Made by a program: the position numbers and the translations under genes | Notes under the pieces: model-generated | Database searches by the model: none | Told to the model about the DNA's origin: nothing | What the model saw: only the letters and a program-made list of their open reading frames with translations | DNA from: Escherichia phage ST2 | Sequence record: OM982647 | Strand: one strand, 5' to 3' | Length of the DNA: 64,000 nt | In this document: positions 49,786 through 59,542 of the stretch, in pieces | Layout: each line of letters starts with the position of its first letter | Numbering within the stretch: the first letter of the stretch is position 1

Positions 49786-50886
49786 TTACGCTGTGAAGAT
49801 TTTATCCCACATCGCAACAACTGCATCTCGATTATACTTCTTCCATACTGCTTCAGCACGTTTAACTCGAGCTTCGTATGTGTCAGTGAATTCTAATACA
49901 GCTTTTGTGTAAAGCGCAACTACTTCTTTCTTAGGAGTAGAGGAATCAATTTCTACACGCACAGTATCTGGGTCGTATTCGAATGTCGCATGAGGATAAT
50001 CCTTAAAAACTAACTGGATTACAGGGACACCTTTAGAGATGGCTTCAATAGAACTATTCTCTACCGTACCTGTGTCAGGACACGTATTAATAAGTGCTTT
50101 AGCTGTTTTAAGACGTTCCATGATTTCACTGTGTGGAGCATCAATAATAACAGGATATTTAGCTGGTGGTGCCCATTTGCTTGGACAATAACCAATACCA
50201 TTTTCGCCTAGTGCTTTAATCGCTTCGAGAGCAACATCAGTACGACGCATTTTAGTGTCATAACGTTGTGCACTAATAATCAGATCAGTCGCCGGAAGAA
50301 CTTCAGGTTTCTCATTCAAACAAATAACCGGATAATCTTCGGCTTCAAACAACGGATTTGCTCGCCAATAATCATAATCAATTTTGTCAGTCAGACCTGA
50401 AGTCATATAACAATATTTGCGTTCAAATTCACGGAAGGCTTTAGTAGGAGCATAACTCTTACCACCATTCTTATGAATTTGAATAGTCTGGTCCCAAATT
50501 TGAACAATGCCACGAGATACCGGTTCAAATGGTGTTGCCATAAAATTCTTATGAACTTTAGAGAGACCTGCGTCTTTAATTGCCTGAACGGTTAGTTTAG
50601 TCGGTTCCATAGTAACAACAAAATCGTATTCATGGATGCCGGCTAGTTCAACAATCTTACGAGCCATAGTATAACTCATACCTAGACTGAATTTTGTCAG
50701 ATGACCAACAGGATGGTGTGTAACTTTCCAATCACCAAACGTGTCATTATCAAAGCCGATATAATCAATATCAGCACCGATGGATACAAGATATTTCAAC
50801 ACATTTAAATGTACTGCTTCAAGACCACCTTGTACACGGTCAGGGTTAAATGGGACTGCACGAGATGGGATAAACATAACTTTCAT
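49786..50886 (-). CDS. GT-B fold glycosyltransferase-like protein (GT4-like signature)
   Basis: 366 aa; N-terminal ...RVQGGLEAVHLNVLKYL... and C-terminal ...ENSSIEAISKGVPVIQ... resemble GT-B donor-binding motifs. Confidence 0.5.
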   Translation of the reverse strand: MKVMFIPSRAVPFNPDRVQGGLEAVHLNVLKYLVSIGADIDYIGFDNDTFGDWKVTHHPVGHLTKFSLGMSYTMARKIVELAGIHEYDFVVTMEPTKLTVQAIKDAGLSKVHKNFMATPFEPVSRGIVQIWDQTIQIHKNGGKSYAPTKAFREFERKYCYMTSGLTDKIDYDYWRANPLFEAEDYPVICLNEKPEVLPATDLIISAQRYDTKMRRTDVALEAIKALGENGIGYCPSKWAPPAKYPVIIDAPHSEIMERLKTAKALINTCPDTGTVENSSIEAISKGVPVIQLVFKDYPHATFEYDPDTVRVEIDSSTPKKEVVALYTKAVLEFTDTYEARVKRAEAVWKKYNRDAVVAMWDKIFTA

Positions 50887-50912
50887 AATTAAGCCTTATT
50901 AAAATTAAAATG

Positions 50913-50930
50913 AAGCTCCCGAAGGAGCTT
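50913..50930 (-). terminator. UUCG hairpin immediately after gene 39 stop
   Basis: AAGCTCC-CGAA-GGAGCTT. Confidence 0.4.
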
Positions 50931-52746
50931 AGGACATCCATTCTTTACGAAGTTCTGAATCATCACCCATCAACATTTCAAAGAGTTCTTTCCAATTTTC
51001 AGGAAGTTTAACTACGTCGTACACAGGGTTCTGAATCATTTCACGATATTCTGACTTTTCAAGGGAGCCTAATCCCTTGATGTATCGAATACTATGCTTA
51101 GGCAGTGTATCTTTAACTTCTTCATACTCAGCTACAGTATAAAACCATTTTTGAGTTTTGCCAATTTGTGCAATAATTACAGGCGTTTTAACAAAGCGAA
51201 TACGTCCTTGTTCAAACAATTCAGGCCAATTACTAAAGAAAGCAAGCAAAGCCGGATAGATACTTCCAAGACCGTCATGATCGGCATCGGTCATAATTGC
51301 AATATTACGATAGTTCGTATTCTCTGCCTTTTCACCAAGAATAAGACCTGTGATAGCACAGATATCAAAGAGCTCTTTGTTCTTCATCATATCGGCATAT
51401 GACATACCCCAGCTATTCATCACCTTACCACGTAATGGGAATCCGCCATGTAGTTCACGGTCACGAACATCAATGAGATAACCAATTGCCGAATCACCTT
51501 CTGTTAAGAACAATGTCGTATCTGCATCTTTACCACATTGGTTAGCTTTAATATGCTTATGAACCTTAGCTTTAGTTGCCTTTTTAGCTGCTTTAGTTTC
51601 TGCAGCCTTTTCTGCTGCCAATTTACGAGCTAATGCTGCTTCAACAATAGGCATAATCAAGGCTTCGTTTTTAAGAAGTGCCTGAGCAATTTTCTTAGCA
51701 TCTAATTGGATATGATTACGAATATCACCGTACGTTGACGTTAAACGTTCTTTAGTCTGAGAATCAAAACGCATGTTGCTCATGTCTCTAATAAACATCA
51801 ACATTGTGAGGCATTCTTTAACACGAGCTTTAGTGACTTCAATACCCTTATATTTCTTTTTAATACCGGGCAAAAGATGTTCGCAGATATCATCCATTAC
51901 GCATTCAACATGATGACCACCATTTTTAGTATGGATGTTATTCACATAAGTTAAATGTCGGAAGCCATCTGGTGATGTTGTGAATGCTATAGAGACTTTA
52001 TCATTTTCTTGAATGATGTTATCTTCGCCAAATTGTTTAGCAAATCGTTTAAAATTACCATCAACCTTTTTACCATTAAATGTGAACTTGATATCAGGAT
52101 AAACGACTGCCAATGTTTGAAGTCGGTCTAAAGTAATATCTAAATAAACTTGAGATAAATTATGCTCTTCAAATGAAGAGAAATCAGGAGTGAAGATTAC
52201 TTTAGTGCCTTTACCTTTAGATTTCTTAGAAGACCATGATTTGTTTTCCATTCCATTTGAACAGTTAACAGTGATTTCATTTTCGCCATCTGACGTGATG
52301 CCTGTAAACAACGTAGAGAAGATATTAGTTAAACTACTCCCGACGCCATTCATACCACCAGTCTTGCGTTCAGAGTCATCACCAAAGTTACCACCTGCCT
52401 TTGGAATAGTCCAGGCTGCTACAGGCCCAGGAATTTGTTCACCTGTTTGGTCGGTAACTAAACCTTGAGGAATACCACGTCCGTTATCTTCCACCGAAAC
52501 TTGATTATTTTTAATTTGCACATCAATTTTATTTGCAAACTTAAATGATGTACGAATAGCTTCATCAACCGAGTTGTCAATAATCTCATCGATTAATTTA
52601 ACCAGACCAGGAACATATTCAACTTGTTGATATTTACCAAACAAAAAACGCTCGTGGGCTTCTTTAGCCGAAGAACCAATATACATACCACTACGTTTCT
52701 TAATATGTTCTACATCTGACAATACCTTAATTTCATTTTTAATCAT
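50929..52746 (-). CDS. 39: DNA topoisomerase II large subunit, unsplit (GyrB-like ATPase plus Toprim in one ORF)
   Basis: 605 aa single ORF; GHKL ATPase N-terminus; length as T2-type fused 39+60. Confidence 0.85.
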   Translation of the reverse strand: MIKNEIKVLSDVEHIKKRSGMYIGSSAKEAHERFLFGKYQQVEYVPGLVKLIDEIIDNSVDEAIRTSFKFANKIDVQIKNNQVSVEDNGRGIPQGLVTDQTGEQIPGPVAAWTIPKAGGNFGDDSERKTGGMNGVGSSLTNIFSTLFTGITSDGENEITVNCSNGMENKSWSSKKSKGKGTKVIFTPDFSSFEEHNLSQVYLDITLDRLQTLAVVYPDIKFTFNGKKVDGNFKRFAKQFGEDNIIQENDKVSIAFTTSPDGFRHLTYVNNIHTKNGGHHVECVMDDICEHLLPGIKKKYKGIEVTKARVKECLTMLMFIRDMSNMRFDSQTKERLTSTYGDIRNHIQLDAKKIAQALLKNEALIMPIVEAALARKLAAEKAAETKAAKKATKAKVHKHIKANQCGKDADTTLFLTEGDSAIGYLIDVRDRELHGGFPLRGKVMNSWGMSYADMMKNKELFDICAITGLILGEKAENTNYRNIAIMTDADHDGLGSIYPALLAFFSNWPELFEQGRIRFVKTPVIIAQIGKTQKWFYTVAEYEEVKDTLPKHSIRYIKGLGSLEKSEYREMIQNPVYDVVKLPENWKELFEMLMGDDSELRKEWMS

Positions 52747-52797
52747 GTTGTCTCCTCGTTATGAAGGTATTCTATCATCCGAAATCTAAAGCAAAAA

Positions 52798-52809
52798 GGG
52801 CCGAAGCCC
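52798..52809 (-). terminator. UUCG hairpin
   Basis: GGGC-CGAA-GCCC with flanking A/T pairs. Confidence 0.45.
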
Positions 52810-53247
52810 TTATTTAAATTTAATTTTCTGAAGTGTATCAATTGCAGCTAAACGCCCTTGTTCACTTTTAACTGTAATGACCACATCGCCTGATACAATC
52901 ACCGAACCATCAACAAATTCTATAGAGCCTTTTTTGAAATCGACAGCTGTATCTGGTTCCGGAACTTCTTCAAAGAATTTGAATTCTGCACCATAAATCA
53001 GAATATCACCTTGCATACTATGAATAGTTCGGCCATAATCGCCTACGGCTTCTACAGCAATCACTGAAACACCATAACCAATCATCTCTTCCACAATAAA
53101 ATCTTTGGACAATAAAGTAGTATGCAGATTAGTATTAAGACGTTTACCAGTCGTATTAAGAATTCTCAAGAAATTATCTTCTTGTCCTTTGATAATACGA
53201 TATTTCTTACCAACTTCAAAACCTTTAAAAGCCGTATTAAAAGCCAT
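52810..53247 (-). CDS. Hypothetical protein
   Basis: 145-aa ORF. Confidence 0.45.
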   Translation of the reverse strand: MAFNTAFKGFEVGKKYRIIKGQEDNFLRILNTTGKRLNTNLHTTLLSKDFIVEEMIGYGVSVIAVEAVGDYGRTIHSMQGDILIYGAEFKFFEEVPEPDTAVDFKKGSIEFVDGSVIVSGDVVITVKSEQGRLAAIDTLQKIKFK

Positions 53248-53249
53248 AA

Positions 53250-53429
53250 TTAACCCTTCTTAAGTAAGTCGTAAAAACCACCGTTCACATGTTTAGGAGC
53301 AGAAACCCGACGAGTAGACAGGCGATGACATTCAGGGCAAACATCGTTTTCTCGTTCAGAAATTCTTTTAATTTTTTCGTATTCATGGCCACAATCTTCA
53401 GATTGGCATTTATAGTCGTATAACGGCAT
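53250..53429 (-). CDS. Small zinc-ribbon protein (CxxC...CPxC), 59 aa (not in ORF track)
   Basis: Hand translation MPLYDYKCQSEDCGHEYEKIKRISERENDVCPECHRL... Confidence 0.45.
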   Translation of the reverse strand: MPLYDYKCQSEDCGHEYEKIKRISERENDVCPECHRLSTRRVSAPKHVNGGFYDLLKKG

Positions 53430-53431
53430 TA

Positions 53432-53842
53432 TTATTCCTTAAAATGTGCTTTCAACATTTGATACAAAGACCATGCCTGGTCATTATTTTCGATAGTAAT
53501 CGTCATCACAGGAAATTCAGTCAATTCATCAAGTTCACCAGAATCTTGCTCTTCAGACGCTTGATACGGATTTCCAACTTCGTCAAAGAACTCTGCTTCA
53601 TTCGTGGAGAGCCAGATAAAGTTTTCATCAAGGATATCACCGCCTGTTGCGTATCCAACCATGCCAGTAGATGTCACAATTTTAGTAGGACGACCAAGAT
53701 GGTCAACATCTAATACTTTAAATGGTTCCATGCCAAGACGTCGTGCATAAATCCCATTATCAGTGTGGTTTTTAATAAACTCTTCTTGGACACGTTTATC
53801 TTTAAATTGGTACCATGAGTTAACGCGGAATTTATTAGCCAT
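53432..53842 (-). CDS. Hypothetical protein (start trimmed to ATG with SD AAGGAA)
   Basis: 136 aa; track start is TTG. Confidence 0.45.
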   Translation of the reverse strand: MANKFRVNSWYQFKDKRVQEEFIKNHTDNGIYARRLGMEPFKVLDVDHLGRPTKIVTSTGMVGYATGGDILDENFIWLSTNEAEFFDEVGNPYQASEEQDSGELDELTEFPVMTITIENNDQAWSLYQMLKAHFKE

Positions 53843-54069
53843 TAGTAAGTTTCCTTCCAATAAGTTGTACCATTTTCAGTGATTTCACGGAAGATACCAT
53901 AGATAGGCATTTCATCACCGAGTTTTTCGTAAACGTAAACCACTTCAGTGTAGCATAAAAATTCAGTCCAGTTTTTCTGTACAACAACTAAATCAGGATT
54001 AAACAGAACATCTTCAAACTCATCGATGTTTGAATCAGTAGTTACGTTTTTAATGATTTGACGTTTCAT
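53842..54069 (-). CDS. Hypothetical protein (start trimmed to ATG with SD GAGGAG)
   Basis: 75 aa; track start runs through promoter. Confidence 0.45.
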   Translation of the reverse strand: MKRQIIKNVTTDSNIDEFEDVLFNPDLVVVQKNWTEFLCYTEVVYVYEKLGDEMPIYGIFREITENGTTYWKETY

Positions 54070-54084
54070 AATATTCTCCTCTTG

Positions 54085-54125
54085 TTTTGATAGGTCTATA
54101 GTATCATAAACCAGAGGAGAAGTAA
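54085..54125 (-). promoter_or_regulatory. T4-type early promoter
   Basis: GTTTAC then GATACTATAGACC. Confidence 0.45.
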
Positions 54126-54131
54126 ACAACT

Positions 54132-54551
54132 TTATGCAAAAGATGCTGGACAATATTTTTTGATTTGGAACTCAGGAACTACCATGAACTGTCCAGCAAA
54201 AACAATGTTATAAAGCTTGACGCCATCTTCAACCCATTGGTCCGAAATAAAACCAGCAACTTTATTCGTTGTCCATGGAGACCCGTCAGTTGCAGCAGCA
54301 ATAGTAAATTCATGGTCTTTTACAACTAAAACAGATCTGCACAGTTTCCATTTGAACGCACGTTCTTCTGGCTCAATGAACTGGCTTGAGACGTAGCCAA
54401 TGTTGCCATCAGCATCACGAACTTTAACTTGATGTGGACTAAAGAGTCCACAACTTACAGAAAGAACTTCAACCAACTTCCCGGCAACTTTAGAGCGAGA
54501 AGCAACAGATACATATACGTAATCACCTGTAGAGAGATTTACAATATTCAT
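54132..54551 (-). CDS. Hypothetical protein, paralog 1 of tandem pair
   Basis: 139 aa; shares SRSK.AG.LVEV and GFISDQWVEDG.KLYNIVF.G.F.VV motifs with 54561..55016. Confidence 0.5.
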   Translation of the reverse strand: MNIVNLSTGDYVYVSVASRSKVAGKLVEVLSVSCGLFSPHQVKVRDADGNIGYVSSQFIEPEERAFKWKLCRSVLVVKDHEFTIAAATDGSPWTTNKVAGFISDQWVEDGVKLYNIVFAGQFMVVPEFQIKKYCPASFA

Positions 54552-54560
54552 AATAATTCC

Positions 54561-55016
54561 TTAAGCTTTAAGAGGAGACACATAGCGAGTGATTTCAGAT
54601 TCTTTAACAACTCGGAAGTCACCTAAGAATACGATATTGTATAACTTTTCACCATCTTCAACCCATTGGTCACTAATGAAGCCACACATAGTATCAGTTT
54701 TGCTTGGATAACCGTGTTCGTCGATGTAATCAAATTCTTTATCGGTTATAAATTCAACGCCTTTGCAAAGGGCCCATTTGAACTGTACATTAGGTTTGGT
54801 AGAAGCAAAATGAGCGCTCACAGGAGTTTCCAAGAATTTAGGACTTACATAAGCGAACTGAACATCTTTTTGCCCAAAGTTATGAATGATTCGAACTTTA
54901 ACTTCTTTAATGCGTCCCATGCCATTTGTGCGAAGTCCCACCACTTCAACCAATCGTCCTGCAGCTTTAGAACGAGATACAGGCGATACATACTTAATTT
55001 CACCAATAGTAATCAT
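54561..55016 (-). CDS. Hypothetical protein, paralog 2 of tandem pair
   Basis: 151 aa; see paralog 1. Confidence 0.5.
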   Translation of the reverse strand: MITIGEIKYVSPVSRSKAAGRLVEVVGLRTNGMGRIKEVKVRIIHNFGQKDVQFAYVSPKFLETPVSAHFASTKPNVQFKWALCKGVEFITDKEFDYIDEHGYPSKTDTMCGFISDQWVEDGEKLYNIVFLGDFRVVKESEITRYVSPLKA

Positions 55017-55034
55017 AATTTCTCTCTCTCTTTG

Positions 55035-55075
55035 TTTAAATTTAATTCATTATACTCCAACCATCCTTGGTTGTA
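55035..55075 (-). promoter_or_regulatory. T4-type early promoter (consensus GTTTACA-17-TATAAT)
   Basis: Spacer contains AACCA/TGGTT inverted repeat; (CT)n tract in leader. Confidence 0.55.
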
Positions 55076-55083
55076 AACTGGTT

Positions 55084-55761
55084 TTATCGCTGTTTTACAC
55101 TTAACGGGTCAGGATTCTCAGGGACATCTTCAAGGCCAAGCGCATAACGCTGAGCATATTTTAACATCAAAATATCTTTAGCACAATCATGAATACTATC
55201 ATGGGCAACGAATCCTTTTAGCGTACCCATCGGTAATGGACACATACTTAATCCTCGTGTCAACGAGTAAGCTTCGATTGCCGTACGAATATCGCGTTGA
55301 GCCCAGAATTTAACCGGTTCTAATTTATCAGTATCAATATCTGGTTCAAGAACACCTTCATCACGATAGAGGTCACGAATCAAATCGACCAAGATCGGGA
55401 AGTCAAAGCTCATACCACGGCACCACATCTGTGATTTCCATTGGTCAACTTTATTATCTCGGCAATAGTCTAAAAAGATTTTAATGCCTTCAAGCGTAGT
55501 GACATCGTCTTCAGACGGGGCCAAGTTTTTACGCGCTTCAGCCGATTGTTCTTTCCACCATTTCATAGTGGATTTAGCGAAAACTCTCTTCCCTTTCTGA
55601 GAAGCTAAATTAAATTTAATTCGCTTACCACGTTGAACAAGTTCTTCAAATGATTCAACAACTTCAGGGTCGGAATTATATGCAATAACCGCAAGGTCAA
55701 TAACGGCCGCTTTTGATGTATTGCCGAATGTTTCAAAATCTATAATAACATCAGTGCTCAT
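55084..55761 (-). CDS. dexA: Exonuclease A (DEDD 3'-5' exonuclease)
   Basis: 225 aa (T4 227); IIDFETFG motif. Confidence 0.8.
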   Translation of the reverse strand: MSTDVIIDFETFGNTSKAAVIDLAVIAYNSDPEVVESFEELVQRGKRIKFNLASQKGKRVFAKSTMKWWKEQSAEARKNLAPSEDDVTTLEGIKIFLDYCRDNKVDQWKSQMWCRGMSFDFPILVDLIRDLYRDEGVLEPDIDTDKLEPVKFWAQRDIRTAIEAYSLTRGLSMCPLPMGTLKGFVAHDSIHDCAKDILMLKYAQRYALGLEDVPENPDPLSVKQR

Positions 55762-55770
55762 AATTTTCTC

Positions 55771-57084
55771 TCAAATAAAATGGACGTCAAAACGACCACG
55801 AGTCGTGCCGACATACAATAACTGTTTAGCTAATTCTGAATCGGCATAATGGATACACGGTGTATAAACAAAGGCCGTGTCAACAGACATACCCTGGGCC
55901 TTATGGAAGGTTGATACTGGTAGCGCCTTCACCTTAGTGAACATACGTTTAGCATCCCAGAATTCGCTCCATGGAGCTTTACCACCTTTATTCCAGAATT
56001 TATATGTTTCTGCGGCCTTAGCCAAAAACAAATTGAATTTATAAAGCTCTTCTTCAGAAGAAATAACCTTTATATCTTCTCGGATGTATTCTTCATCATC
56101 CCCATATGTTTCTACTGTAAGATTCCAGTATCGTATCATATATTCGCCTGAAACGCCACGTGCTTTAACGAATGTAGACGTTTCTACAGCATCTCGAATA
56201 CGAACGAATTGCCCATTATTGAAAAGCATTTCGGTCATATTTTTACCATCTAGCTTGTACGTCTTAGTAAACGGCTCTTGTAGAACAATGACTTCGTCTT
56301 TAATAAATGGTTTTTCTGTTTCAAGAAGTTTTCGGCGAATAATTGAATTTAACTTGTCCACCGACTTATTTGTGAATGCCATCATTCGATTTTCGAAAAG
56401 GTCTTCAGGAGTTTTAACGACGTTAAAATAGTTCATCATATACGATTTAAGGTCTGTATATCCGTGAACACCGTGTCCATCAACTACTTTATCGTAAATC
56501 CATTTGCCATTACGAATATCAGTCGCAACATCAATAATTGGTGCATTGCTACGTTTAACTTCTGTAAGGTTGCATTGCACGAAGTCTTTGTGAGTGAAGA
56601 AAGGACTTAGATACGCAGTTGATTCGCCTGGGTCTACCGGACGAATCTGGCATCGGTCGCCGATTCCAATTACTGTACACCATTTAGGGATACTAGCTAA
56701 CATTATTTTAAACAGAGAACGGTCGCACATTGACGCTTCATCAAATAACAGTACACGACACAAGGCTAAGTCGGGAACCTTTTTCTGTTCAAACAATACG
56801 TTTTCTTCGTATGTAGTTGGGTTGATTTTAAGAATGCTATGAATAGTCGATGCTTCTTGGCCCGCAAGTTTGCTTAGAACCTTTTTAGCAGCATGTGTAG
56901 GGGCTGCTAAAATAATACCTGATTCTCCAGAAGAAATAAGGGCTTCAACGATGAATCTAGTAAGGGTTGTTTTACCTGTACCAGCAGGCCCATTAATAGT
57001 TACGTGATGTTTCTTTTCTTTAATAGCTTTCATAACAACGTTGAAGGCGTTTTTCTGGCCTTCAGTCAAATCATCAAATGTCAT
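55771..57084 (-). CDS. dda: Dda DNA helicase (SF1B)
   Basis: 437 aa; MTFDDLTEGQKNAFNVVMKAIKEKKHHVTINGPAGTGKTTL... near-identical to T4 Dda. Confidence 0.95.
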   Translation of the reverse strand: MTFDDLTEGQKNAFNVVMKAIKEKKHHVTINGPAGTGKTTLTRFIVEALISSGESGIILAAPTHAAKKVLSKLAGQEASTIHSILKINPTTYEENVLFEQKKVPDLALCRVLLFDEASMCDRSLFKIMLASIPKWCTVIGIGDRCQIRPVDPGESTAYLSPFFTHKDFVQCNLTEVKRSNAPIIDVATDIRNGKWIYDKVVDGHGVHGYTDLKSYMMNYFNVVKTPEDLFENRMMAFTNKSVDKLNSIIRRKLLETEKPFIKDEVIVLQEPFTKTYKLDGKNMTEMLFNNGQFVRIRDAVETSTFVKARGVSGEYMIRYWNLTVETYGDDEEYIREDIKVISSEEELYKFNLFLAKAAETYKFWNKGGKAPWSEFWDAKRMFTKVKALPVSTFHKAQGMSVDTAFVYTPCIHYADSELAKQLLYVGTTRGRFDVHFI

Positions 57085-57392
57085 CGTAAAGTCCCTGCAA
57101 TTGGAATACTAACAATACGGCCTGTGTCCAGGATTCGTTGATACAATCTTTGCGTCTCCGCATCTAGTTTAATGTGTTTCATTTCGAGCTTATTAAACCA
57201 GAACTTACGCGGAGTTTCGACCATTCTTAGAACTCCCATTTTTAAATCTGTTTTATACTGTGTTTTCAAAGTATCGAAAACTTTATCTGCAATATCCTTT
57301 CTAAAAAATACTGCAGGACGATGCTCATCAAGTGGAACCGGGACAGTAAATCCTTCCATATCTCGATAAACTATTGCATATACATAAACCAT
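57081..57392 (-). CDS. Hypothetical protein (dda.1 position)
   Basis: 103-aa ORF. Confidence 0.45.
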   Translation of the reverse strand: MVYVYAIVYRDMEGFTVPVPLDEHRPAVFFRKDIADKVFDTLKTQYKTDLKMGVLRMVETPRKFWFNKLEMKHIKLDAETQRLYQRILDTGRIVSIPIAGTLR

Positions 57393-57394
57393 AA

Positions 57395-58141
57395 TTAACC
57401 TTTAATCAGTTGGAATAATGATGCGCTAAGTGGTAAGCCACGTTTCAATTTTAATTTACCAATGAAACCAATCTTTTCAAAACGTTGCAGACCTTGGATA
57501 ACTTTATCATATGTATCGAAAAGCGATTCAGCGTCAGTTAATTTAGTTTTAGTTTTCCAGTCAGAGCCTTTAAGAAGAACGTTGAGTTTAGTAAGTTCAT
57601 GGCCTTCTGCTTGATGTGAGCCATTAATGCGTGCTTTCAAAGCAACAATTCTAAGTTTAGATTCGTTAGATAAAGGTTGATTTTTCATCATGTTTGCCAT
57701 ATGCTTAACACGATTTTCACGTTTTGCTCGGATTTTTAAAATAGTACCATAAACCTTTTTAATTTGGGCCCATTTCTTCTCGTCGAGATTAAGTTTCTCT
57801 ACTTTACGGGCAGAAGGATTAGCGATACGTCTTGCAACGGCATCACGTTTCTCAATAAGTTCTTCTAATGTTAAATCAGAACGAGCCGTGTTATATTTTT
57901 TCTTAACTGGGATGACATTACCTTTAATGTAGCCTATATCATTATTAAAACGTTCTAAGGATAATTTCTCACCTTCAACAGAGTTATTAAAAGATTCACC
58001 TGAGTAAGCGCAGACCTTTTGATCAAGAATGTTTTTAAGGTAATTAAAGTCTAAGTTAAAATCCTTAGAGCGTCTCTTCGCAGAAGCTCTGGTGTGATCA
58101 AGACGACGATTAATTTTGTTAATTTTATTATTTGATAACAT
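57395..58141 (-). CDS. Highly basic protein, possibly Srd-like
   Basis: 248 aa, K/R-rich; position between dda and mod genes as T4 srd. Confidence 0.35.
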   Translation of the reverse strand: MLSNNKINKINRRLDHTRASAKRRSKDFNLDFNYLKNILDQKVCAYSGESFNNSVEGEKLSLERFNNDIGYIKGNVIPVKKKYNTARSDLTLEELIEKRDAVARRIANPSARKVEKLNLDEKKWAQIKKVYGTILKIRAKRENRVKHMANMMKNQPLSNESKLRIVALKARINGSHQAEGHELTKLNVLLKGSDWKTKTKLTDAESLFDTYDKVIQGLQRFEKIGFIGKLKLKRGLPLSASLFQLIKG

Positions 58142-58294
58142 AATATTTTCCTCTGTCTTACGGACGTTAAGGTCATTTAGCTGATAAGCTTATAATATCA
58201 TGCCCTCAGGTAGTGTACACTCTTTTTTCATAAAATGCTTTAATTTTTTATGTGTTATAATGGTTCTGAGTTCCATCCGGTTATTCCAATTCAG

Positions 58295-58903
58295 TCAGTA
58301 ACTGACAATAGTCAGATTCCAGATTGTATAACGTCCATCTTGAATAATAGAATCTACACGCAGTGTAGTCCCTATAGGGAGCATAAATTCACATTCGTCA
58401 GATATAAGTCTAGCATTAGACCGTCTTGTCGCTTCAGGGAAAGCTCCATTGAACTCACAAGATGGCGCAGCCAGAATCATGTTAAGCATATGTTCACGGA
58501 AGTTGAAAGCAAATGGTGCATCTTTGATGCAGAACATATTAAATGTTCCGTAAAAATTATACGAAGCAAAGTTACGTGCTACACCGAACACTGGGCTGAA
58601 GCTCATTACTCTGTCAAATTTAATAATACTACCAATGCCTTTATCATCGAGTGTGGCCATAGTTTTCTTAGAGATTCCACGATACATTGTCTCAGGAACA
58701 GAAGACGACCAATTTCTACGAACAATTGCACTTAAATCTTGTTGGATGCTATCGGGCTTGTTTTCCATACACTGCCATAGTACACTTTGTTCAATGTCGC
58801 TGAATTGCTCATCGATTTTGTACTGAAGCATATCTTGATAATCCGGGCATTGAGCACGACGAACCATTTCCTCAATTTCACATTCATTATACGGCATAAA
58901 CAT
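58295..58903 (-). CDS. ModA/ModB-like ADP-ribosyltransferase, paralog 1
   Basis: 202 aa; R-S-EXE-like motifs MYRG / SFSPVFG / SDECEF; SD GGAG. Confidence 0.6.
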   Translation of the reverse strand: MFMPYNECEIEEMVRRAQCPDYQDMLQYKIDEQFSDIEQSVLWQCMENKPDSIQQDLSAIVRRNWSSSVPETMYRGISKKTMATLDDKGIGSIIKFDRVMSFSPVFGVARNFASYNFYGTFNMFCIKDAPFAFNFREHMLNMILAAPSCEFNGAFPEATRRSNARLISDECEFMLPIGTTLRVDSIIQDGRYTIWNLTIVSY

Positions 58904-58960
58904 TTATGTTTCTCCTGTGGTTGATAAAGATATAGTATCATCATCGGAAGAGTTTGTACA

Positions 58961-59542
58961 CTAAAAATTCAACATTTTCAAATGAATGATTTTGTATAAT
59001 CGAGATAAAGGGTCATATTCTAAGTCTTCAATTTCCACAATCTCAAATCTAGAGATACCTGAGACCATGTACTCTTGTTCAGATTCAATCATATCTAGGA
59101 CGTCAACACGCTTTTCTTCCATAACATGCTTAGGGTTCTTTCCGGCGAGTACAATGTTAACCATGTTTTGGTAGTAATCAAAAATGAATGGAGCATTCCT
59201 GAGACTAAGAATAGTGTACGTCTGATATTCCCATATCCCGGAGAATTGACGAGCTGTACTGAAATCAGTTGTGAACGATGTTACTCGTCCAGGAGACCAA
59301 TGGCATCCAACAGAAAGAAGGGAAAGACGTTCTGCTTCTTCTGGAGTTACACCACGGTAGAGTTCTACTGGTACTGTAGAAGTCATATGCTTACGAACAA
59401 GATGGTCTAATTCATAGTGGAAATCCGGGTCTTCCTTAGAATCGGTGCAAGCCCAGAGAATGTTTTGTTCTTGGCGGGTGAATTTGCTATCAATCAGATT
59501 TGTTAGGTATTCACGTTCTTGAAGTTCAGATTGACATGTCAT
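58961..59542 (-). CDS. ModA/ModB-like ADP-ribosyltransferase, paralog 2
   Basis: 193 aa; LYRG / SFTTDFS / ESEQEY; SD GGAGG. Confidence 0.6.
   Translation of the reverse strand: MTCQSELQEREYLTNLIDSKFTRQEQNILWACTDSKEDPDFHYELDHLVRKHMTSTVPVELYRGVTPEEAERLSLLSVGCHWSPGRVTSFTTDFSTARQFSGIWEYQTYTILSLRNAPFIFDYYQNMVNIVLAGKNPKHVMEEKRVDVLDMIESEQEYMVSGISRFEIVEIEDLEYDPLSRLYKIIHLKMLNF

Noticed and set aside
58250-58735. 161-aa + strand ORF overlapping the ModA/ModB-like gene
   Set aside because: Lies antisense within a well-supported minus-strand gene with promoter and SD; no SD of its own; antisense shadow ORFs are common in AT-rich DNA.
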